Origin: an uncultured Alphaproteobacteria bacterium | GTDB taxonomy: Bacteria > Pseudomonadota > Alphaproteobacteria > HIMB59 > GCA-002718135 | Direction: 5' to 3' | Length of the DNA stretch: 64,000 nucleotides | NCBI GenBank assembly: GCA_902623545.1 | Contig: CACNUI010000005.1 | Location: forward strand, 12,622 to 76,621 | In this document: in pieces, positions 38,851 through 47,873 of the stretch | Position numbering within the stretch: the stretch's first letter is position 1 | How the letters are laid out: the number at the start of each line of letters is the position of its first letter | Notes under the pieces: generated by a model | The model's database searches: none | The model's input: only the letters and a program-made list of their open reading frames with translations | What the model was told of the DNA's origin: nothing | Made by a program: the position numbers and the translations under genes

Positions 38851-38872
38851 GTGGCGCAATGTTATGCGCCAC
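38851..38872 (-). terminator. Intercistronic GC-rich stem-loop after the SBP gene (8-bp stem GTGGCGCA / TGCGCCAC, 6-nt loop)
   Basis: Read directly from the sequence. On the minus-strand transcript it is preceded by U8 and followed by AUAUUUUCUCUU. Confidence 0.5.
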
Positions 38873-38888
38873 AAAAAAAATTAGAGGT

Positions 38889-40517
38889 TTATGCAAACCA
38901 CCAACGTTCAGAAATTTTGTTACCATCACTTTCCCAGTTTCCAGCAACATCATCTTTGTGAGCAAGTTTTTTAGAACCAGCTCCAACATATTGGTTAAAT
39001 GCATAAACAATAGCACCACCATCATAGTTACAAAGTGCTTGAGCTTCCCAGTACATTGATTTTCTTTTTTCAAAATCAAGTTCTGATCTTGCAGATCTAA
39101 CTAATTCGTTGAAACGCTTAGTTGAATCTGTTTGCACAATATTACCCCAAGCAGCTTCATTCCACTCAGTGTCATCGGTAAACGCAGCAGACCACATCAT
39201 ATCTTCTGTAGGTCTTCCACCCCAAGAACTCATACTGAATCCTTTGGTGTTCCATACGTTACTCCAGTATCCATCTTCAGGTTCTTTCTTAACTCGAAGA
39301 TCAATACCGCATTCTTGAGCAGAAGCAGCAATTAAGTTAGTTGCATCTGTACAACCTGCATAAGGTACTTCAGAAGTACTAATCTCAATTGGACCACTCA
39401 CACCTGATTTCTTCCAGTGATATGCAGCTTTATCAGCATCAAACTCTCTTTGCTCTAAAGCGCTATTATGGAATGGGTGAGCTGTTGCAATGGGATGATC
39501 ATTACCTAATGAACCATATCCAAGCATGATCTTATCAACAATTTCTTGTCTTTTAATTGCAAACTTCATTGCCATACGAACATCAAAGTTATCAAATGGT
39601 GGAACATTTAATCTCATTGGAGCTGTATAGTGAGCATAACCAGATGCTGCAGTAATTTCTACATTAGGATCTCTAGTTAATAAATTTGCAGTTCTTAGAT
39701 CAACACCGTTCATCCAATCAATTTCACCGTTTAATAATGCTGCTTGTCTTGTAGCAGGATCATTGATTCCGATTACTTCAACTGAATCGAAGTGCGCAAC
39801 GCTATCACCTTTGAAATAATTTGGATTTCTTTTTCCAAACTTTGCACCAACACCAGGATTGAATTCATCCATAATATATGGACCAGTTCCAATTGTAGAT
39901 TGTGCATCTACAACTCCGTCTTTAGTTGGTTTAATCATTATGTGATAGTCAGTTGTAATCGCTGGCCAGTCCGCATTAGCACCTTTAAGTTTAAATATAA
40001 CTCTATTAGCACCATCAGCTGAGATCGTATCAATTTGCGATAATAAACCTCCTGCTGCTGAAGCAGTGTCTGGATTCATATGATACTGATAGTTAAGTAC
40101 AACATCTTCAGCAGTCATTGATTTGCCATTGTGGAATTCAACACCTTTTCGAAGATTATATACCCAAGTTTGAGCATCATCTGACTCAATTGACTCAGCA
40201 AGTTCAGGTACAATACTGTGATCAGAATCAACAACTGTTAAACAGTTTTGAAATGACCATGCTGTAGCTTGCATGAACGAGCTTTGATAAGTTGCAGGAT
40301 CAAGTGTATCTGTAGTATCAGCTGCACCATTACCCCATCTAAAATGTCCGCCTTTTTTTGGAGTAGCAGCAACAGCTTTATCAGCTAGTGATAGAGCTAT
40401 TGGTAGAGTTACACCAGTTGCAAGAACAGACATCATGAACTGTCTTCTATCAATTAGCCCTTTAGTGAGCTTTGAAGACTGCTCTTTAATATATTTGTCT
40501 ATTTTCTTATCTTTCAT
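38889..40517 (-). CDS. ABC transporter substrate-binding protein, family 5 (peptide/nickel/opine type), Tat-like signal
   Basis: 542 aa. N-terminal DRRQFMMSVLATGVTLPIALSLADKAVA, followed by a typical SBP_bac_5 body. Preceded by an AGGGAGGA SD. Confidence 0.8.
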   Translation of the reverse strand: MKDKKIDKYIKEQSSKLTKGLIDRRQFMMSVLATGVTLPIALSLADKAVAATPKKGGHFRWGNGAADTTDTLDPATYQSSFMQATAWSFQNCLTVVDSDHSIVPELAESIESDDAQTWVYNLRKGVEFHNGKSMTAEDVVLNYQYHMNPDTASAAGGLLSQIDTISADGANRVIFKLKGANADWPAITTDYHIMIKPTKDGVVDAQSTIGTGPYIMDEFNPGVGAKFGKRNPNYFKGDSVAHFDSVEVIGINDPATRQAALLNGEIDWMNGVDLRTANLLTRDPNVEITAASGYAHYTAPMRLNVPPFDNFDVRMAMKFAIKRQEIVDKIMLGYGSLGNDHPIATAHPFHNSALEQREFDADKAAYHWKKSGVSGPIEISTSEVPYAGCTDATNLIAASAQECGIDLRVKKEPEDGYWSNVWNTKGFSMSSWGGRPTEDMMWSAAFTDDTEWNEAAWGNIVQTDSTKRFNELVRSARSELDFEKRKSMYWEAQALCNYDGGAIVYAFNQYVGAGSKKLAHKDDVAGNWESDGNKISERWWFA

Positions 40518-40533
40518 TTGTCCTCCCTTTTAT

Positions 40534-40559
40534 TGAACAAAAACCTGTGTTTTTGTTCA
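40534..40559. promoter_or_regulatory. Perfect inverted repeat TGAACAAAAAC-ctgt-GTTTTTGTTCA in the SBP 5-prime region
   Basis: 11-bp arms and a 4-nt spacer, read directly. It ends 17 nt upstream of the SBP ATG, next to its SD, in the divergent intergenic region. Confidence 0.6.
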
Positions 40560-40708
40560 TAATTTCAAGAAATTTAACAAAAAACAAACTTAAGTTATTT
40601 AACATACAAACATATAAATTATTTAAATTCAACGGATAATTTGTGAAATTTTGGTTGCATAATAGCCTAATTAAGTAATAACAAAATTGAAATATAAAGG
40701 AGGATAAA

Positions 40709-41707
40709 ATTAGCCAAATTCACCCAATATTTAGAACAATTTTTTTAAGAATTGGACTTGGATTAATTACTGTATTTGCTTTTTCAGTAATTATTTTTAG
40801 CTGTTTTTCTTTTTTGCCAGGAGATTTTGCAACTGAGATTCTTGGACAATCTGCTACAAAATCTTCTGTTGAGGCTCTCAGATCTGAATTAGGTTTAGAT
40901 AAACATCCTATTCCAAGATATTTTGAATGGCTATCTAATGTATTTCAAGGAGATTTTGGAAGTTCTTTCTCAGGCAGATCTAAAGTGCAAGGTGACCAAG
41001 GAGATAGATCAAGACTTGTCGTTGAACTAATTATTCCCAGGCTTAAAAATACACTTTTTTTAACTGGAGTCAGTGCTCTAGTGGCAATACCTCTAGCATT
41101 ACTTCTTGGTATTTCAGCTGCATTATACAGAAATAGCGTTTATGATAGATCGGCAACTGGTTTTAGTTTAGTTACTGTTTCTTCTCCAGAGTTTTTTACT
41201 GGTTATATTTTTATACTTTTATTAGCTACTTTATTTCCAGTTTTTCCTACAATAGCAAATGTTAATGAAGACACATCATTAATTGAAAGGTTTTATTTAA
41301 CTGCTTTACCAGTATTTACTCTAACACTTGTAACAATGGGCCATATGATGAGAATGACTCGGTCAGCAATAATAAATATTTTATCAAGTGAATATATTGA
41401 AATGGCAAAATTATCTGGTGCTACCAGATATGAAGTAATTGTAAAACATGCTTTACCTAATGCTTGGGCTCCAATTGCTCAAGTCATAACTATTAATCTT
41501 GCCTACATGTTAATTGGCTCAGTTGTTGTTGAGTTTGTATTTAATTATCAAGGAATAGGAAGGCTAATGGTTGGATCCGTTTACAATAGAGATATTCCAG
41601 TTGTTCAGGCTTGCGCTTTAATATTTGCATCAACTTATGTTATTTTAAATTTACTAGCTGATTTGATTGGAATAATTTCAAACCCTAGACTTTTGTATCC
41701 AAAATGA
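40709..41707 (+). CDS. ABC transporter permease (DppB/OppB-like), probable ATT start
   Basis: The listed ORF starts at TTG 40814 and lacks TM1. The frame is open from the TGA at 40688 and encodes ISQIHPIFRTIFLRIGLGLITVFAFSVIIFSCFSFLPGDF. AAGGAGG at 40697-40703 lies 5 nt before ATT 40709. Confidence 0.7.
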   Translation: MSQIHPIFRTIFLRIGLGLITVFAFSVIIFSCFSFLPGDFATEILGQSATKSSVEALRSELGLDKHPIPRYFEWLSNVFQGDFGSSFSGRSKVQGDQGDRSRLVVELIIPRLKNTLFLTGVSALVAIPLALLLGISAALYRNSVYDRSATGFSLVTVSSPEFFTGYIFILLLATLFPVFPTIANVNEDTSLIERFYLTALPVFTLTLVTMGHMMRMTRSAIINILSSEYIEMAKLSGATRYEVIVKHALPNAWAPIAQVITINLAYMLIGSVVVEFVFNYQGIGRLMVGSVYNRDIPVVQACALIFASTYVILNLLADLIGIISNPRLLYPK

Positions 41708-42627
41708 GTGATAATACACAATCATATTCAGCAAAAGGTGAGGTTAGTAGTATAACTAAAAGAAGAACTAGATTTGAGAGAATAAAAATAGCATTTTCTA
41801 AAGCTCCCTTATCTGCTTGGTTTGGAATGATTGTACTTTCTATCTATCTTTTTGCTGCATTCTTTGCTCCATTTATTGCGCCACATGGCGAAGCAGAAGT
41901 TTTCCCAGTTGCGTATGCGCCATGGGGTGGAGAACACTTATTAGGAACAGATCAAATTGGAAGGGATATTCTTTCTAGATTAATCTTTGCTTCAAGAAAT
42001 ACACTAGGAATTTGCTTCTTAGCCTGTACGATTGCTTTAATTATTGGAACAATATTTGGAATAATTGCAGCAATAGATAGAAGTTATATTGATCAAATCT
42101 TAAGCAGATCAATTGATACTTTAATGGCAATTCCTGTAATGATTTTTACTTTTATTCTTTTATCAGTTTTTGGACCAAGTAATTTGAATTTAATTTTAAT
42201 TTTAGGGGTATTAGAATCTACAAGATTTTTTAGAATTTCAAGATCTGTAGCTGTTGGTCAAGTTGTATTAGAATACGTTGAGGTAGCTAAATTAAGAGGA
42301 GAAAAACTTTCATATATTATTTTTAGAGAAATTCTTCCTAATATAGCATCTCCTTTGATAGTTGAATTCGGTGTAAGATTTATCTTTATTATTTTCACTG
42401 TTTCAAGTTTAAGTTTTTTAGGCTTAGGCATACAGCCACCAGCAGCTGATTGGGCTGCTATGGTGAGAGAAAATGCAATATTAATTCAATATGCCCAATA
42501 TGATATTACCGCAGGATTAACTCCACTAATACCTGCTGCAATAATTGCATTATTAGCTCTTGCAATTAACTTCGTGATTGATTGGTATTTGTACATTACA
42601 AGCGGTTTAAAAGATGACATCAAATAA
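41704..42627 (+). CDS. ABC transporter permease (DppC/OppC-like)
   Basis: 307 aa. HLLGTDQIGRDILSRL and an EAA-like loop. Overlaps the upstream gene by 4 nt. Confidence 0.85.
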   Translation: MSDNTQSYSAKGEVSSITKRRTRFERIKIAFSKAPLSAWFGMIVLSIYLFAAFFAPFIAPHGEAEVFPVAYAPWGGEHLLGTDQIGRDILSRLIFASRNTLGICFLACTIALIIGTIFGIIAAIDRSYIDQILSRSIDTLMAIPVMIFTFILLSVFGPSNLNLILILGVLESTRFFRISRSVAVGQVVLEYVEVAKLRGEKLSYIIFREILPNIASPLIVEFGVRFIFIIFTVSSLSFLGLGIQPPAADWAAMVRENAILIQYAQYDITAGLTPLIPAAIIALLALAINFVIDWYLYITSGLKDDIK

Positions 42628-44227
42628 TAAAAAAGAACTTCTTTTAGAAATGAAAAATATTCATATTGATGGATTTTCAGATGAGAGATGGCATAAAATA
42701 TTAAAAGGGGTTGATCTAAATTTATACAGAGGTGAAATTTTAGGTTTAATTGGAGAAAGCGGTGCTGGAAAATCGACCATGGGAAAAGCAGCAATGGGTT
42801 ATACTCAACCAGGTTGCAAAATTATTAAAGGTGAAATAATTTTTAATGGTACTGATCTTGCTAAGCTCACAGAATTTGAAAAAAGAAAAATCTGGGGTAC
42901 TAAAATTTCATATGTTGCTCAATCAGCAGCAGCATCTTTTAATCCTGCACACAGATTAATGGATCAAACAATTAGTGCAGCTAATAGAGCAAAAATTAAT
43001 CCTACTGACGTATTAAGAAAAGATGCAGTCCAACTTTATGAATCACTACAACTACCAGATGCCGAAAATATTGGAGAGAGATATCCTCATCAAGTCTCTG
43101 GTGGTCAATTACAAAGAATTATGACTGCTATGGCTATGTCACCAAGACCAGAACTTATAATTTTTGATGAACCAACAACTGCACTTGATGTTACTACTCA
43201 AGTTGAAGTTCTGTCTGCTATGAGATCAATAGTAGATAAATTTAATACTGCTGCAATTTATATTACTCATGATTTAGCTGTAGTTGCTCAAATGGCTGAT
43301 AGAATTAAGGTTCTTAGATATGGAGAAGAGGTAGAAGAGTCTAAGACAAAAGACATGCTTTCAAATCCTAAAGAAGAATATACTAAATCACTATGGTCAG
43401 TAAGATCACTAATAAAGCCTGAAGAAACAAATGATGATTATATGTTGTCCATTAAAAATATTGATGCAGCTTATGGTTCATCAAAAGTTCTTCATGATGT
43501 TTCTGTAAATATTCCTAGAGGTAAAACTGTAGCAATAGTTGGAGAAAGTGGATCAGGAAAATCAACAACTGCAAGAGTAATAACTGGCCTACTACCTCAA
43601 ACCAAAGGAGAAATTATTTTTGATGGAAAAAAATTATCTCCTAAACTTGAGCAAAGATCAAAAGAAGAATTAAGAAGAATTCAAATAATTTTTCAAATGC
43701 CTGATACCGCAATGAATCCTAAACAAACTGTTGATGAAATCATTGGGAGACCAATTGAATTCTACCATGGAGTAAAAGGAAAAGAACGTGAGACTAAAGT
43801 AATTGATTTGTTAAAAATGATTGAACTAGATGAAACGTTTTTAGATAGATTGCCATCTGAATTATCAGGAGGCCAAAAACAAAGAATTTGTATAGCTAGA
43901 GCTTTAGCTGCTAATCCAGATCTAATTATTTGTGATGAGGTTACTTCAGCATTGGATCAAATTGTTCAAGAGGGAATTTTAAAACTGTTACAAAAACTTC
44001 AAAAAGATCTTGGCGTAACTTATATTTTTATTACTCACGATATTGCCACTGTTAAAGCCATTTCGGATGAAATAGTTGTTATGTATCAAGGTAAAGTAGT
44101 TGAGCAAGGCTTAAAAAGTAAAATTTTAAACCCTCCACACCCTGATTATACTGAGTTGTTATTATCTTCAGTTCCAGAAATGGATCCCGATTGGCTAACA
44201 AATCTTTTAAATAAAAGATCAAACTAA
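42614..44227 (+). CDS. Fused double ATP-binding protein of the Dpp/Opp type (DppD-DppF-like)
   Basis: 537 aa. Two Walker A motifs (GESGAGKST, GESGSGKST), two signature motifs (VSGGQLQR, LSGGQKQR) and two Walker B motifs. Confidence 0.9.
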   Translation: MTSNNKKELLLEMKNIHIDGFSDERWHKILKGVDLNLYRGEILGLIGESGAGKSTMGKAAMGYTQPGCKIIKGEIIFNGTDLAKLTEFEKRKIWGTKISYVAQSAAASFNPAHRLMDQTISAANRAKINPTDVLRKDAVQLYESLQLPDAENIGERYPHQVSGGQLQRIMTAMAMSPRPELIIFDEPTTALDVTTQVEVLSAMRSIVDKFNTAAIYITHDLAVVAQMADRIKVLRYGEEVEESKTKDMLSNPKEEYTKSLWSVRSLIKPEETNDDYMLSIKNIDAAYGSSKVLHDVSVNIPRGKTVAIVGESGSGKSTTARVITGLLPQTKGEIIFDGKKLSPKLEQRSKEELRRIQIIFQMPDTAMNPKQTVDEIIGRPIEFYHGVKGKERETKVIDLLKMIELDETFLDRLPSELSGGQKQRICIARALAANPDLIICDEVTSALDQIVQEGILKLLQKLQKDLGVTYIFITHDIATVKAISDEIVVMYQGKVVEQGLKSKILNPPHPDYTELLLSSVPEMDPDWLTNLLNKRSN

Positions 44228-44281
44228 TTAATCTAATTAAAAATACTTGAAAATATTTTAAATTTATTATTTATATTTTTT

Positions 44282-45112
44282 GTGAAAAAAATTTCTAAAT
44301 TAGATGAGTATTTATTTGATCTTAATGGATACTTAATTATTAAAAATGCTTTAAGTAAAAAAGAACTTATTAATTTAAATAAAATTTTGGATGATTTAAA
44401 AAACTTAAGTAATAAACAGTGGGCCGGTCATGTCCATGGTCATAATTACGGAGGTAAGGAGGGCTTAAATCTTCAACAAATTTATGAAGCAGGAAAGCCT
44501 TTTGAAAATTTAATTGACCATCCTTCATGGATTAATCACATGTTACATTTTGTAGGAGGTAAAGGCTCTTTTGACCACACTCATGGTCCATTATTTATTG
44601 ATGAGAACTTTGCAAATATTAGAGGCCCAGGTGAGGCTATCGGCATACATTCTGGCAACCATGAAGGCCTGCAAAGAAATCATTATAGATTTCAAAATGG
44701 AAAATTTCATTGTGCACAAGTAAATATTTTATTAGCTTTGAATGATATTGGTCCAGGTGATGGTGGAACTGTTGTAATACCTGCATCACATAAATCTAAC
44801 ATAGAGCATCCAGAATTTAGAGAAAAAAAGATGTTAAAAGGTGGTAAAATATCATCAGCAGATGGAATGACTGCATCTGTTGAGGTTCATTTAAAAGCAG
44901 GTGATGGACTTTTATTTGTAGACTCATTATGTCATGGTTCAGCAAAAAGAGTTAATAAAGGAGAGAGAAGAATTGTTGTATACAGGTATGGACCTTCTTG
45001 GGGATTTTTTCGTCACCCATATAGACCATCGGCTCAATTACTTAGAAGATTATCTAAGTTCCAAAAAAGTATTGTGATGCCTCACGAAAAAGTTTTAACT
45101 CCTTATAATTAA
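44282..45112 (+). CDS. Phytanoyl-CoA dioxygenase (PhyH) family Fe(II)/2-oxoglutarate oxygenase
   Basis: 276 aa, GTG start. LNGYLIIKNALS N-terminus, G-rich core with VIPASHK, and RRIVVYRYGP near the C-terminus. Family-level call only. Confidence 0.55.
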   Translation: MKKISKLDEYLFDLNGYLIIKNALSKKELINLNKILDDLKNLSNKQWAGHVHGHNYGGKEGLNLQQIYEAGKPFENLIDHPSWINHMLHFVGGKGSFDHTHGPLFIDENFANIRGPGEAIGIHSGNHEGLQRNHYRFQNGKFHCAQVNILLALNDIGPGDGGTVVIPASHKSNIEHPEFREKKMLKGGKISSADGMTASVEVHLKAGDGLLFVDSLCHGSAKRVNKGERRIVVYRYGPSWGFFRHPYRPSAQLLRRLSKFQKSIVMPHEKVLTPYN

Positions 45113-45117
45113 AATTC

Positions 45118-45390
45118 TTGTTGATTGTGAATATTATTAAATCAATTTTAAATATTTTTCTAAGTAAAGAAAGCAAATTTAATAATCTTGAGGCAAGAAA
45201 TATAATGATAGATGAAAGCAACTTTAATAAAATGAATTTAACATTAGGAAATACTTTTAAAGTTAACGGAAATATCAAAATTAAAAATTTTAAAGAAAAA
45301 ATTACAGAAGATAATCTAACGGTAGTAGTTATTAACAATAAAGGTAAAACAATTGGCTATATTACCAAAAATGAATTAATTAATAATTAA
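45118..45390 (+). CDS. Small hypothetical protein with a single CBS-like motif (start uncertain; ATG at 45205 is an alternative)
   Basis: It fills the gap between the PhyH and SDR genes. C-terminal LTVVVINNKGKTIGYITKNELI looks like a CBS beta-strand motif. Confidence 0.3.
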   Translation: MLIVNIIKSILNIFLSKESKFNNLEARNIMIDESNFNKMNLTLGNTFKVNGNIKIKNFKEKITEDNLTVVVINNKGKTIGYITKNELINN

Positions 45391-45395
45391 ATTTT

Positions 45396-46172
45396 ATGAA
45401 AATAAATTTGAAAAATAAAACTTATGTAATCTCAGCTGCTGCAGATGGTATAGGCTTTGCAATTGCTAAGAAGATTATCAGCGCAGGTGGAAAAGTATAT
45501 ATTTCTGATATTAACAAAAAAAAAATTAATGAAATAAATAAAAAATATAAGAACAAAATTTATGCAACTGCTATGGATTGTACAAATCCAGCTGAAATTA
45601 AAAATTATTTTCATAAACTAAAATCTCTAAAAAAAATTGATGGTCTAATAAATAACATAGGAATAGCAGGTCCAACCAAAAGTCTTGAAAATATAAAAAT
45701 AGAAGAATGGGAAGAGACTATAAAGACAAACTTACATAGTCATTTTTATTATACAAAGTATTCTATTCCATTTTTAAAAAAAGCAAAAAAATCATCAATA
45801 ATTAATCTTTCTTCTACTGCAGGACTTTATGGTTTTGCACAACGTTCACCTTATACTGCTAGTAAATGGGCAGTAATAGGTCTGACCAAAACTTTAGCAA
45901 TGGAACTTGGTAAATATAAAATTAGAGTTAACGCAATTTGTCCTGGATCAGTAGAGGGAGATCGAATGAAGCGAGTAGTTGATGCAAAAGCCTTATTAAC
46001 AAAAACTAATCCCAAAAAAGTAAAACAAGAGTTTGAATCAATGGTATCTCTACAAACATTCGTTAATAAAGAAGATATTGCTTCAATGGCTCTATTTTTA
46101 TTAAGTGATGAAAGTCAAAACATTTCTGGTCAGGCTATGACAGTAGATGGAAATACTGAAAGAATGAATTAG
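45396..46172 (+). CDS. Short-chain dehydrogenase/reductase
   Basis: 258 aa. AAADGIGFAIAKK, NNIGIAG, and YTASKWAV (YxxxK). Confidence 0.8.
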   Translation: MKINLKNKTYVISAAADGIGFAIAKKIISAGGKVYISDINKKKINEINKKYKNKIYATAMDCTNPAEIKNYFHKLKSLKKIDGLINNIGIAGPTKSLENIKIEEWEETIKTNLHSHFYYTKYSIPFLKKAKKSSIINLSSTAGLYGFAQRSPYTASKWAVIGLTKTLAMELGKYKIRVNAICPGSVEGDRMKRVVDAKALLTKTNPKKVKQEFESMVSLQTFVNKEDIASMALFLLSDESQNISGQAMTVDGNTERMN

Positions 46173-47764
46173 TGTCTCAATACACTGATTATATAATAAT
46201 TGGTGCAGGTTCAGCAGGTTGTGTACTAGCAAATAGACTGTCATCTCATTCAAAAAATAATGTAACTTTATTTGAAGCTGGCCCCTCTAATAATACATGG
46301 AAAGTTGATATGCCAAGTGCATTACTTTATGTGATGCATGATCCAAAATACAATTGGAAATATTATACTGAGCCTGAACCTTATTTAAATAACAGATCTT
46401 TATATTGCCCTAGAGGTAAAATGTTAGGTGGTTGCTCCTCTCATAATGGAATGGTTTTTGCAAGGGGGCACAAGGAGGATTTTGATAGATGGGAGTCTTA
46501 TGGTTTAGATCAATGGAGTTATAGTAAAGTTTTACCATATTATAAAAAACTAGAAACATGGTCTGGAAAAAATAATCTAAGAGGCAAAGATGGTCCATTA
46601 AAAGTAAATAAATCTCAAATAGATAAAAAGTTTCCATTATTTAATGCAGTTTTAAAAGCTGCAAAAGAAGCTGGCTATAATATCTTTGATGATTCAAATA
46701 GTCTTAATAATGAAGGATTTGGTACATTTGATGTAACAATTGATAAAGGTGTTCGTCAAAGTATACCAAAAGCTTATTTAGATCCTATAAAGAACAGAAA
46801 AAATCTTCAAATAATAAAAAAAACATATGTAAAAAAAATAATTTTTAAAGACAAAGTTGCAATAGGAATAGAATATGTAAAAAATAATAAGACACACAAT
46901 TTTTATGCAAATAAAGAAGTAATACTTAGTGCAGGCTCGATTAATTCACCAAAAATACTTCAACTCTCGGGAATAGGTAATGCTACACATCTTAAAGATT
47001 TTGGAATTCCAGTAATTAATGATTTAAAAGGAGTTGGTGAAAATCTTCAAGATCATTTAGAAATTTATATTCAATATAAATCAAAGAAAAAAGAGACATT
47101 ATATGATTTATCAACTAATTTTATTTCCCAAGGCATTGAAGGAAGTAAATGGTTTACTTTTAAGAAAGGTAAATTAGCTCACTCACATTTAGAATTAGGA
47201 GGATTTGTAAAAACAAATAAAAATTATTCACATCCAAATTTACAATTTCATTTTTTTCCATCGTTAGTAATCAATCATGGATTAACAAATCCTGAATTTG
47301 ATGCTTTTCAATTTCACGCATGTCCTAACAGACCAAAGAGTAGGGGTTTTGTTAAAATAAAATCAAATAATTTTAATATTTCACCTCAAATCCAATTTAA
47401 TTACTTACAAAATCAAGAAGATTTAATTCAAATGAGAGAAAGTGTGAAAATTGCAAAAAATATTTGCTCTCAGAAATCACTCTTAGATTATGTAGATTAC
47501 GAAGTAAGACCAGGAATTGAAATTAAATCTAATGAAGAATTAGACGAAGTGATTAGAAATACTTCTGAATCGGCATATCACCCTTCGTGTACTAATAAAA
47601 TGGGCAATGATGATTATTCAGTTGTTAATCAAAAAACAAAAGTACATGGTATTGAGAACTTAAGAGTTATAGATGCATCAATTATGCCTGATATTGTTAG
47701 CGCTAACTTAAATGCTAGCGTAGTGATGATCGCAGAAAGGGCAGCTGATTTTTTACTAAATTAA
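46172..47764 (+). CDS. GMC-family FAD oxidoreductase (choline/alcohol dehydrogenase-like)
   Basis: 530 aa. The GTG start overlaps the SDR stop (TAGTG). YIIIGAGSAGCVLANRL, PRGKMLGGCSSHNGM, YHPSCT and VIDASIMP. Confidence 0.8.
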   Translation: MSQYTDYIIIGAGSAGCVLANRLSSHSKNNVTLFEAGPSNNTWKVDMPSALLYVMHDPKYNWKYYTEPEPYLNNRSLYCPRGKMLGGCSSHNGMVFARGHKEDFDRWESYGLDQWSYSKVLPYYKKLETWSGKNNLRGKDGPLKVNKSQIDKKFPLFNAVLKAAKEAGYNIFDDSNSLNNEGFGTFDVTIDKGVRQSIPKAYLDPIKNRKNLQIIKKTYVKKIIFKDKVAIGIEYVKNNKTHNFYANKEVILSAGSINSPKILQLSGIGNATHLKDFGIPVINDLKGVGENLQDHLEIYIQYKSKKKETLYDLSTNFISQGIEGSKWFTFKKGKLAHSHLELGGFVKTNKNYSHPNLQFHFFPSLVINHGLTNPEFDAFQFHACPNRPKSRGFVKIKSNNFNISPQIQFNYLQNQEDLIQMRESVKIAKNICSQKSLLDYVDYEVRPGIEIKSNEELDEVIRNTSESAYHPSCTNKMGNDDYSVVNQKTKVHGIENLRVIDASIMPDIVSANLNASVVMIAERAADFLLN

Positions 47765-47771
47765 AACAAAA

Positions 47772-47795
47772 ACTTAGGCCGTTTCTAGCCTAAGT
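47772..47795 (-). terminator. Rho-independent terminator for the minus-strand small ORF (ACTTAGGC-8 nt-GCCTAAGT followed by UUUUUGUUUU on the minus strand)
   Basis: 8-bp perfect stem read directly. The U-tract exists only in the minus orientation and overlaps the end of the GMC gene. Confidence 0.6.
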
Positions 47796-47873
47796 ATATT
47801 GCTGATATTTATTCTTAAAGGAAGGAAACGCATTCATTTAAGGAGGAAATAAACCTTAAAAAATGCCTAAGAA

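Noticed and set aside
38827-38888. Possible SAM-II/SAM-V riboswitch upstream of the homocysteine methyltransferase gene. Such elements are known upstream of methionine-cycle genes in Pelagibacter.
   Set aside because: The 62-nt spacer contains only a simple 8-bp hairpin. I could not find the pseudoknot-forming 3-prime AAAGCU-type segment or a second pairing partner, and the space is too short for a tandem aptamer.
47773-47871. The repeated heptamer GCCTAAG (47788-94 within the terminator, and 47865-71) as an antiterminator/terminator switch.
   Set aside because: On the minus-strand RNA the two identical copies (CUUAGGC) would compete for the same partner. But the distal pairing would close a loop of about 85 nt and is unlikely to outcompete the local hairpin. 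I saw no leader peptide or ligand-binding fold.
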